From Lysobacterales bacterium (GTDB lineage: Bacteria; Pseudomonadota; Gammaproteobacteria; Xanthomonadales; SZUA-5), in the NCBI GenBank assembly GCA_022844165.1, contig JALHMH010000038.1:1-42169 (forward strand): a stretch of 42,169 bases of DNA, in the 5' to 3' direction. Shown piece after piece: positions 1 through 7,628 of the stretch. How positions within the stretch are numbered: the stretch's first letter is position 1; every line of letters begins with the position of its first letter. The notes beneath the pieces are model-generated. The model searched no databases and had not been told where the DNA came from. It was given only the letters and a program-made list of their open reading frames with translations. A program made the position numbers and the translations under genes.

Positions 1-2
1 CC

Positions 3-674
3 TTGGATCAGGTTTCACTTCCAACGACGGGGACATTGCAAACCTCCTCTGAAAGCCCTCTTTATCTTAAAGATAAAAAGCTACAGCAAAAGCGTTGGAG
101 GTATGTTGACACAGAGGGGTTGGCGACAGCGCCGCCCAGTAGTCCGGCGTTGCAGCCTTACGTTGAAATCTATGTGGATCTGGGGCTGGCCTATGCGCGC
201 GAAGAAGGCGCGGACATTGCCGCTGGTTTGGATCGATTGCGGGCTTTGTTGCGCGCGCAGACACAACCGGCCGATCCACGTCTGTTCGCGCTCCCCGAAG
301 TGCTCTCCCGGTTGTATGCGAAGCCGCCGACAATCGACGTTGAAGCCCTTACCGCAGCGGTTTCGGCATTCGAGCAAGATTTGCGAGCGGGATTCCACAA
401 TAGCGATCAATACCAATCGCTCATCGAGTCCGCAGCCCGGTTTGCGCTCACGCAGCGGCGGCCGGAGGTCGTTGAGACCTGGCTTGCGCCACAGCTGATC
501 GAAGCGCCAGGCAATCCGATGTGGCGGGTTCTGGATGCATGGCGCAAAGCTGTTTCGGGCGACCGCGAAGGCGCACGGCGGAGCGCCGATGAGCTGCGTC
601 CGATCCTGACCAGGGCCGATCCCGAGTCGGACCTGGCGAGACGATTCGGCGATCTGGAAGCAGCGCTTCGCTGA
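3..674 (+). CDS. Hypothetical protein, 5'-truncated by the window edge; alanine/leucine-rich, probably helical C-terminus
   Basis: Open frame from the window start to TGA at 672-674. A diverged copy of its C-terminus at ~2341-2567 supports this reading frame. Confidence 0.7.
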   Translation: MDQVSLPTTGTLQTSSESPLYLKDKKLQQKRWRYVDTEGLATAPPSSPALQPYVEIYVDLGLAYAREEGADIAAGLDRLRALLRAQTQPADPRLFALPEVLSRLYAKPPTIDVEALTAAVSAFEQDLRAGFHNSDQYQSLIESAARFALTQRRPEVVETWLAPQLIEAPGNPMWRVLDAWRKAVSGDREGARRSADELRPILTRADPESDLARRFGDLEAALR

Positions 675-1232
675 AATCGCGGCGCTCAGTAGTCCTGGCC
701 AAGTGCATGTACGATCAACTCGTCGACCACGAGATGGCCGAGCTGTCCTTCGATCAAATCGGCAATCAAACGCGCAAATTCACGCGGCTGCAAACTGGCG
801 TGCGCTGGCCTGGAGCCTTCGCTGGCACCGCCAAAGTCGGTATCGATGATGCCGGGGTTGATCAGGTTCACACGTACGCCGCGGTCCTTGACCTCGCGCA
901 ACAGCGAGTGCGAAAAGCCGAGCAAAGCGTGTTTGCTGGCCACATATGGCGCCATGTTGGCCAACGGCCGGCGCGCCAGATCCGAGCCGATGTTGACGAT
1001 GTGCCCGGCGCCGCGCTGCAAGAAGTGCGGCAGCAGCGCCAGACATAGCTGCATCACCGCTGCGATGTTGACTTGCACCAATGTCAGCAACTCGTCCTCG
1101 CGATGCTCAAGAAACGGCCGGTAGTCGCCGATAGCGGCATTGTTGATCAAGCCATCGATGGGACCATGATCGAGCAGCGCGCGATCGATCGCAGGGCGGA
1201 TCGCCGCACTGTCGGCAAGATCGAGTGGCAGC
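614..1232. repeat. Direct repeat copy 1 (619 bp): 3' end of the upstream gene plus the 3' part of the SDR gene
   Basis: Matches 2507-3125 at offset 1893; one mismatch seen (G638 vs C2531). Confidence 0.95.
686..1232 (-). pseudogene. 5'-truncated duplicate of the SDR oxidoreductase
   Basis: Same translation as 2579-3125 but lacks the N-terminal TGASRGLG cofactor-binding motif; cut off at the MITE end. Confidence 0.85.
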
Positions 1233-1384
1233 ACGATGTTGAGAAAGTTCTTTCCTGCACTTTCTATACGTCGCGAGTCCCGCGCAGGTCCGGACTCGCT
1301 CTACATGGATCAAGCACTTGAGTGTTCGATCCATGAGCGAACCATCCATGGTTCGCGCTAGCAGACTGTTTCTCAACAGCCTGC
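1231..1384. mobile_element. ~154-bp MITE-like element
   Basis: Terminal inverted repeats GCACGATGTTGAGAAA (1231-1246) and TTTCTCAACAGCCTGC (1369-1384) match at 14/16. Internal hairpins: GCGAGTCC..GGACTCGC, ATGGATC..GATCCAT, GCGAACCAT-CC-ATGGTTCGC. Confidence 0.65.
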
Positions 1385-1553
1385 CAGGGCAATCCCAGCA
1401 TCAACGCAGCTTGCTACTCAGAGCTTAGATGATTGCATTTTGTCCCATCGCAGAATCTTGCCTGGAGCTTGGGTGTTGCGCTAAGAGGTATATTGACACC
1501 GAGGAATTTGGGGCGCTGCCGTGCGCGAGATTAAGTTTTTCTCAAGCCGCTCG

Positions 1554-2138
1554 CTAAGGGCAGAAAAGTGAATCAACAGTCAAGTACATTCTCTCTCCTA
1601 CGCACTGAATATTGATACTGCTGTTCTCGCCGACGCCGACGCAGACCGACGTGAATCCTGTATCAGTCCCGTTTTGGTGGACAGTGCCGCCCCTACAGGA
1701 ATATGAGTCTCCGCCTGGGTTCAAATTTTTCCCTGTGCTATTCCGGATAAAGGTCAGTTCGCTCCCTTGAGAAAAACTAAACTGCCCCATTTTTTGATCC
1801 AGAATCGCATTGCCAAATCGCACCTCGTCCCTATTCGTAAAGATAAGGACCGATTTTCCCTCAACGCGCATCGCAAGATGCTCGGCTGGTTCGCCATCGC
1901 CCCATTGAGAGAAGATGGCGCGGGGAGAAAATAATCGGGCCTGCTTCACGGGAATCTCGACGCTATCGGCAAATTTCAACTTATCGTCAGCGATCACGAC
2001 CGACGCACTCGAAAATTTCAGATTCCCACTGGCATCTTGCGATGTTGAACCACCAACTTCAGCGGCGACCAAGGAGGGTGTAGAAAAAGTGACCGCGATC
2101 ATGGCTAAAAAATTCTTGACACAAACTTTAGCATTCAT
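1554..2138 (-). CDS. Hypothetical exported protein, low GC
   Basis: 194-aa ORF with a signal-peptide-like N-terminus, beta-strand-like pattern and four C-terminal Cys; visibly AT-richer than its flanks. Confidence 0.7.
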   Translation of the reverse strand: MNAKVCVKNFLAMIAVTFSTPSLVAAEVGGSTSQDASGNLKFSSASVVIADDKLKFADSVEIPVKQARLFSPRAIFSQWGDGEPAEHLAMRVEGKSVLIFTNRDEVRFGNAILDQKMGQFSFSQGSELTFIRNSTGKNLNPGGDSYSCRGGTVHQNGTDTGFTSVCVGVGENSSINIQCVGERMYLTVDSLFCP

Positions 2139-2248
2139 TTTTTTGACCCTATTGCAATTATTGATGAATAAAATTCGAGCAAGTTAGACAAGATCAGCAA
2201 TTGTGGCGGCAGCGTTGTGGAAATTCAAACTACGCCACGTGTGAATGA

Positions 2249-2278
2249 ATGCTACGGGCTCAAGTCGCGCTCCGTCAA
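2249..2278 (-). promoter_or_regulatory. Candidate sigma70 promoter for the 1554-2138 gene
   Basis: Minus strand TTGACG-N18-TAGCAT, with AT-rich sequence upstream. Confidence 0.35.
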
Positions 2279-2340
2279 GGCAAAGAAATGTAGTTTTTTT
2301 GTATCAGTACATTGGCAGCGCTGATCCGCACCGAACTGGC

Positions 2341-2567
2341 CAGGGCCGCCCGGAGATGTTGTTGAACGGTGGCTGGTGTCGCGGCTCACCGAAGCGCCGG
2401 GTACGCCAACGTTGCGCATCCTGGACGCCCGGCGCAAAGCGATCGCGGGCGAGCGAGTCGGTGCGCAAGAGATCGCCGACGAGCCGCCGCGACCAATCAT
2501 GGCAATGGCCGATCCCGAGTCGGACCTGGCCAGACGATTCGGCGATCTGGAAGCAGCGCTTCGCTGA
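2341..2567 (+). pseudogene. Frameshifted, diverged remnant of the C-terminus of the 3..674 gene
   Basis: QGRPE/VERWLVSRLTEAPGTPTLRILDARRKAIAGERVGAQEIADE.. aligns with QRRPEVVETWLAPQLIEAPGNPMWRVLDAWRKAVSGDREGARRSADE..; identical from ADPESD onward. Confidence 0.8.
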
Positions 2568-3125
2568 AATCGCGGCGCTCAGTAGTCCTGGCCAAGTGCA
2601 TGTACGATCAACTCGTCGACCACGAGATGGCCGAGCTGTCCTTCGATCAAATCGGCAATCAAACGCGCAAATTCACGCGGCTGCAAACTGGCGTGCGCTG
2701 GCCTGGAGCCTTCGCTGGCACCGCCAAAGTCGGTATCGATGATGCCGGGGTTGATCAGGTTCACACGTACGCCGCGGTCCTTGACCTCGCGCAACAGCGA
2801 GTGCGAAAAGCCGAGCAAAGCGTGTTTGCTGGCCACATATGGCGCCATGTTGGCCAACGGCCGGCGCGCCAGATCCGAGCCGATGTTGACGATGTGCCCG
2901 GCGCCGCGCTGCAAGAAGTGCGGCAGCAGCGCCAGACATAGCTGCATCACCGCTGCGATGTTGACTTGCACCAATGTCAGCAACTCGTCCTCGCGATGCT
3001 CAAGAAACGGCCGGTAGTCGCCGATAGCGGCATTGTTGATCAAGCCATCGATGGGACCATGATCGAGCAGCGCGCGATCGATCGCAGGGCGGATCGCCGC
3101 ACTGTCGGCAAGATCGAGTGGCAGC
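2507..3125. repeat. Direct repeat copy 2 (619 bp)
   Basis: Matches 614-1232. Confidence 0.95.
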
Positions 3126-3280
3126 GGAACGATGTGGCCGTTAGAGGATTCGTTGGCCAACGTTGCGAGCAAACCCGAGTCTCGTGCCGCTGCGATCACG
3201 GTGTGTCCACGCCGCGCCATTTCGCGGCTCAGGTATCGTCCAAGTCCGCGGCTTGCGCCGGTGATCAGCCAGATAGCCAT
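2579..3280 (-). CDS. Short-chain dehydrogenase/reductase (SDR)
   Basis: MAIWLITGASRGLG (TGxxxGxG), NNAA and YVASK (YxxxK) motifs; ATG at 3280. Confidence 0.9.
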   Translation of the reverse strand: MAIWLITGASRGLGRYLSREMARRGHTVIAAARDSGLLATLANESSNGHIVPLPLDLADSAAIRPAIDRALLDHGPIDGLINNAAIGDYRPFLEHREDELLTLVQVNIAAVMQLCLALLPHFLQRGAGHIVNIGSDLARRPLANMAPYVASKHALLGFSHSLLREVKDRGVRVNLINPGIIDTDFGGASEGSRPAHASLQPREFARLIADLIEGQLGHLVVDELIVHALGQDY

Positions 3281-3405
3281 GGGCGCGTCCGAGCGCGTGA
3301 AAGGGAGTGAATGATGGCAGACTGCATCGGGCACTGTTCCGCGGGCGGCGGCAAACCCGGCGCAGCAAGAGTGGCGCCTTCCCGCAAGGTCGAGCAACAA
3401 CAAAC

Positions 3406-4311
3406 CTACCGATCCCTTTCCTTCAGCAATTCTGCCGAGTACACCGGATCACCGTCGGGTCGCGTCTTGAAGCGTCGGTGGGCCCAGAGATACTGCTCAG
3501 GCGTGCGCCGAATCCGCATCTCGAGCAGCGCCATCCAGCGCGCGGCGTCGGCGGTATCTTCATCGCCGCGTGCGAACGGCTCGATTTCGAGCAAAAAGCG
3601 CTCGCCATTGCGCGTGAACCAGACGCAGAAAGTCGCCGCAGCGGTCAGACGCGCCAGGCGCGCGGTGGTTGTCAAGGTCGCCGCCGGCTGGCCGAAAAAT
3701 GGCACAAAGGCGATGTGACGCTTGAAGTTTTGATCCGGTGCGTAACCGACGGGATGGCCATCGCGCAGTGAACGGATGAAGTCCGCCAGTTGCTGTTTTT
3801 CGATGGTCTTGGCGCAATAGCTACGTCGTGCGGCGTCGATGACCTGTTCGATGCGCGGGTCATTGTGGCGCCGCACCATTTGATGCATCGGTCTGCCCAG
3901 GGCTTGGGAAAGCGCGCGGCCGCCGAGCTCGATGCTGTGAAAATGCGCGTAAACACAAAGCGCACCGCCGCGCTTCAAGGCCTGTTTGAGATCGTCCAGA
4001 CCAGACACGTCGACACGACGATCAATTGCGCAGGCGTCGCCATACCAGGCCAATAGCGTATCGATCACGCCCTCGGCGGTTGAGCGCACATTTTGGCGAA
4101 CCAGCTTTGCGCGCTCTGCGGAGGACAGCTCGGGAAAACACAGGTCGATGTTCGCAGCGATGATCGCGATTCTCTTGCGCGCAAAAACGTGCATCAGTGC
4201 GGCAATCAACCTTGCCGAAACCCGCTGTGTAAACCGCGATCCGCGTGCGATGCGACGCCCGACAGCAAAAGCCAATCGCCAGATCAGCGTGCTATCGCTG
4301 CCGGGCTTCAT
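3406..4311 (-). CDS. lpxL: Lipid A late acyltransferase (LpxL/HtrB family)
   Basis: NIDLCFPEL, HFHSIE (Hx4E), PDQ, VPFFG and PEQYLWAHRRFKTRP motifs. Confidence 0.85.
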   Translation of the reverse strand: MKPGSDSTLIWRLAFAVGRRIARGSRFTQRVSARLIAALMHVFARKRIAIIAANIDLCFPELSSAERAKLVRQNVRSTAEGVIDTLLAWYGDACAIDRRVDVSGLDDLKQALKRGGALCVYAHFHSIELGGRALSQALGRPMHQMVRRHNDPRIEQVIDAARRSYCAKTIEKQQLADFIRSLRDGHPVGYAPDQNFKRHIAFVPFFGQPAATLTTTARLARLTAAATFCVWFTRNGERFLLEIEPFARGDEDTADAARWMALLEMRIRRTPEQYLWAHRRFKTRPDGDPVYSAELLKERDR

Positions 4312-5035
4312 ACAGTTTCGCGTATTTCAAGAACGCGTAGTACGCCATGGTGGCGCTGGCGATGAAGCCTGCCCAGCCGTCGAGAAAATGGCGTTTGAAC
4401 AGGTATTGGCGCAGAAATACGAATGCTGGGTAAGCCAGCATCTTCCAGCGAGCTCCACGCGCGCCCCTGGCAACTTTTTCGTTTGCAAGCGCGGACGAGT
4501 AAGCGTTGATCTTCGCCACTTTGGTCGCGATGTCGGGTTCGCCATCGTGCACAAAAAATGCGCCAATCGCACGCACGGGACCTGCGACTTCCGGTGCCGC
4601 GTGTATGCCTGCGCTCATCGAAAAACGGTTGCGGTCGACGATGCGCAGGTAGCGATTCATGCGCAAACGCCGGTGCTGATATCGCCAAAAAACCTGTTCG
4701 CGCCGCGGCAGCGTAAAACCGGCGGCATCCCCGGGGCTTTCGAGCGCCGCGGCGATGGCTTGCTGACAGTCGCTGGGTAGCCACTCATCGGCATCGAGCA
4801 ACAGTACAAGACGATTCTTGCAGGCTTGGATCGCGATTCGTTTTTGCGGGCCGTAGCCGAGAAACGCCTGATGAATAACGCGCGCACCAGCCGCAGCGCA
4901 GAGCTCAAGCGTGGCATCGCTGCTACCCGAATCGACGACCACAATTTCATCAGCAAAAGCGACGCTGGATAGGCATTTCCCCAAGGTCGCTGCGTTGTTC
5001 AGGGTCGTGATCGCGACGGACAGGCGCTCGCTCAT
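4292..5035 (-). CDS. Glycosyltransferase family 2 (LPS core beta-1,4-glucosyltransferase-like)
   Basis: LSVAITTLN, VVVDSGSSD, LDADE and FLDGWAGF motifs; ATG at 5035 overlaps the upstream stop. Confidence 0.9.
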   Translation of the reverse strand: MSERLSVAITTLNNAATLGKCLSSVAFADEIVVVDSGSSDATLELCAAAGARVIHQAFLGYGPQKRIAIQACKNRLVLLLDADEWLPSDCQQAIAAALESPGDAAGFTLPRREQVFWRYQHRRLRMNRYLRIVDRNRFSMSAGIHAAPEVAGPVRAIGAFFVHDGEPDIATKVAKINAYSSALANEKVARGARGARWKMLAYPAFVFLRQYLFKRHFLDGWAGFIASATMAYYAFLKYAKLYEARQR

Positions 5036-6237
5036 GGGCGTCTGGTCCCGACACCATGCAAGGCCACGAGCCATGCCACAACAATACCCATGAAGCTCGA
5101 GTAGAAGGCCAGATGTGTGTTCAACGGGAACATCAAAACGAACAACGCCGCTGCGGCGCCCGACAATGCCGCCTGACGTTGACGCCACAATAACCTGGCT
5201 GCGGCGAGCCAGGCGACAAGCCCGAACATGCCGGTTTCGCTGAGCAACTCAAGAACGATCTGATGCGCGTGTGCGGCGCCATATGTGCCACTCGGGTCGA
5301 TCCACGGGTCATCTGGCGCCGCATAGGTTGGGTAGGCGAAGCGAAAGCTGCGGACACCGACACCGTTGATCGGATTCGCAGCAATCATGGTTGTCGCCGT
5401 TCGCCAAATGGGAAGGCGTCCGGCTAACGCTGTATTGGCGTCACCCGATCGAAAGGCGAGAGTCCGATCGACGCGCGCTTTAAAGTGATCCGACACACTG
5501 TAGGCACCGATGCCAATCAACGTCATCGCTATCAGCGCGGCAGATGCAAACCCAAGCCCAAGTCGCATCGAGTGCTGTGTCACTTGTCGCACCATCAACA
5601 GGGTCACCAGCAGGAAACTGACCCAGCCGGCACGAGCGCCCGCAAGCAGCACGACCAGCGCCAACAGCAGGTAGGCACTGATCACAATCGTGACTCGCAA
5701 CGGTGTCGACTTCTGGAAAGCGCGGGTCAGCAAGGGCCACAACAGCAGTGGCGCGAGCGCCGGCAACAGCGGACCTAATTTCAAGTCGTCCGCGCCAAAA
5801 ATGCCGCTGAGTCGATCTGCGTTGAGCGGCCCTCCGAGCGAGACGCCGAAGAAGGCTTGCGCGGCGCCATCGACTGCCCAGAGTGCCACGGGCAGCGCGG
5901 CTGCCCAGGCGAGCCTGGAGTCCGGCGCATGGTCGATCAACAGCCAGCGAATTCCGAGCGCGAAGAACAGCAAACGCAGGCTCGCCAGCGATGTGCTCCA
6001 GGATTTCTCCGCGTCCACTGCGTCGATTGCTGAGATGCAGGCTGCCAGCACATACAACCCAAGTGCCATACCCATCGCGCGCGCGCTCACGTCGCCGAGC
6101 AATCGTGCTCGATCGCGCAGCAACGCGTAAATGCCAATCGCGGCGCCGATTACGATCGGCAGCTCGGCCGCTCGCGAAAACGGTAGCAGTGCGGGCACCA
6201 ACGCGATCAGCGTCACTGCGGTGACGTATCGACTCAC
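5032..6237 (-). CDS. O-antigen ligase (WaaL/Wzy_C) family membrane protein
   Basis: Many hydrophobic segments; RAGW, GRLPIW, PINGVG and HAHQIVLELLSETG motifs; LPS gene context. Confidence 0.85.
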   Translation of the reverse strand: MSRYVTAVTLIALVPALLPFSRAAELPIVIGAAIGIYALLRDRARLLGDVSARAMGMALGLYVLAACISAIDAVDAEKSWSTSLASLRLLFFALGIRWLLIDHAPDSRLAWAAALPVALWAVDGAAQAFFGVSLGGPLNADRLSGIFGADDLKLGPLLPALAPLLLWPLLTRAFQKSTPLRVTIVISAYLLLALVVLLAGARAGWVSFLLVTLLMVRQVTQHSMRLGLGFASAALIAMTLIGIGAYSVSDHFKARVDRTLAFRSGDANTALAGRLPIWRTATTMIAANPINGVGVRSFRFAYPTYAAPDDPWIDPSGTYGAAHAHQIVLELLSETGMFGLVAWLAAARLLWRQRQAALSGAAAALFVLMFPLNTHLAFYSSFMGIVVAWLVALHGVGTRRP

Positions 6238-7367
6238 GGCGCCGGCGCCGGGTTGGTCAACTCGGCGTAGACACTGAGCGTCAAGCGCTGCATTTGTTCC
6301 AGCGTCGGGATCGCCGATCGATCGATCGGGTGATCCCCAGCGAGCACTTGCCCCACCACAGTTGCAAGACTCTCCGCATCCCGCAAAGCCACAAGACCGG
6401 CAGGAAAGGCGGCGCGCAACAACTCGCCAACACCGCCGTGATCGTAACCAATCACTGGTCGATTCATGTGCAGCGCTTCGGTGACGACGCGGCCGAAACT
6501 CTCCGGCCGATGCGAAAGCTGCAAGATCGCATCGCTGCTTGCGTAAATGTCGCGGACATCGTCGCGAGCCGGCGAATACGCCACATATTCGGCGACATCG
6601 CTCGCTTGGGCGAGATCCTTGATCTCTTGAACGTAGTGACCACGATCGTTCTCTAAGACACCGAGCAGCAACAACGCTGCGTCGACGCCGCGTTCGCGCA
6701 GACTCGCCAACAGTCCGATTGCATCGACGTGGCCTTTGAGCCGGCTGCCGCGGCCAGGTAGTGTCAGGATCCGCCGCCCGATCAGTTGTGGAAATTCCGC
6801 TGCGAATAGCGCTTTCCAGGCGGAATCAGGTTCATAGCAGGCTGGGAACTGACTCGGATCGACGCCCCGCGGAATGAGGCGAAGCCGCGCTGATTCTGCC
6901 CGAGGGTAGTGGCGTCGCACATGGCGCATCGTCAGCTCTGAGACCACGATGACACGATCGCCACGGGTCATCACTTCGCTGTATCGATTCACCGAATTCA
7001 AGCCATGCACAGTGGTGACAAAGGCCGGTCTCGGCCAAATCGTGGGGCGCACGATGCGCGCCATCCACGCAGGCATTCGGGAGCGCGCATGGATGACATC
7101 GGGACGTATGGATACAAGCAATCGCCGCAGAGCAAACAGGCGAAAAACGCTGAACAATGACTTCTCGCCGATCGCGAAAACGATGTGCTCCGAGCCTTCC
7201 GCCAGCAACGTCGGAACCCAGGTGCCGCCGGCCGAAATCACAATGGAGCGGTGGCCAGCCTCAACCAGCGCGCGCCCGATTTCCAGCGTCGATCGTTCGG
7301 CCCCGCCGGTGTTCATCGCCGGGACCATTTGCACGACGGTCAGGCGCCGCGCGCCGATAGTCGACAT
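6234..7367 (-). CDS. Glycosyltransferase family 4
   Basis: GGAERST, HARSRMPAW, TTVHG and ESFGRVVTEA (Ex7E) motifs. Confidence 0.9.
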   Translation of the reverse strand: MSTIGARRLTVVQMVPAMNTGGAERSTLEIGRALVEAGHRSIVISAGGTWVPTLLAEGSEHIVFAIGEKSLFSVFRLFALRRLLVSIRPDVIHARSRMPAWMARIVRPTIWPRPAFVTTVHGLNSVNRYSEVMTRGDRVIVVSELTMRHVRRHYPRAESARLRLIPRGVDPSQFPACYEPDSAWKALFAAEFPQLIGRRILTLPGRGSRLKGHVDAIGLLASLRERGVDAALLLLGVLENDRGHYVQEIKDLAQASDVAEYVAYSPARDDVRDIYASSDAILQLSHRPESFGRVVTEALHMNRPVIGYDHGGVGELLRAAFPAGLVALRDAESLATVVGQVLAGDHPIDRSAIPTLEQMQRLTLSVYAELTNPAPAP

Positions 7368-7370
7368 CGG

Positions 7371-7589
7371 TCACGCTGCTGCAGCGAAACCTTTGAGCAC
7401 GTAGACTGCGCCGCAATAGGGGCATTTGGCAGTGCCGGAGGCCTCGATCGGCAAATACACGCGGGGATGGGAATTCCAAAGATGCATGCCAGGCATCGGA
7501 CAGGACAATGGCACGTCGTCGTGCGTCACCTCGTAACGATTTTCTTCGTTTGGCGAGATCAACTGTGCTTTGCTGGGATCTGGGCGCAT
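7371..7589 (-). CDS. Zinc-finger (zf-CHCC) domain protein
   Basis: PLSCP..WNSHPRVYL..CPYCG signature. Confidence 0.85.
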   Translation of the reverse strand: MRPDPSKAQLISPNEENRYEVTHDDVPLSCPMPGMHLWNSHPRVYLPIEASGTAKCPYCGAVYVLKGFAAAA

Positions 7590-7628
7590 GGAAAGCAGCA
7601 TCGATTCAGAGGCCTGGAAGTCTACCAG

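Noticed and set aside
686-1234. 182-aa SDR ORF as a second functional enzyme
   Set aside because: It lacks the TGxxxGxG motif, and its GTG start is formed at the MITE junction.
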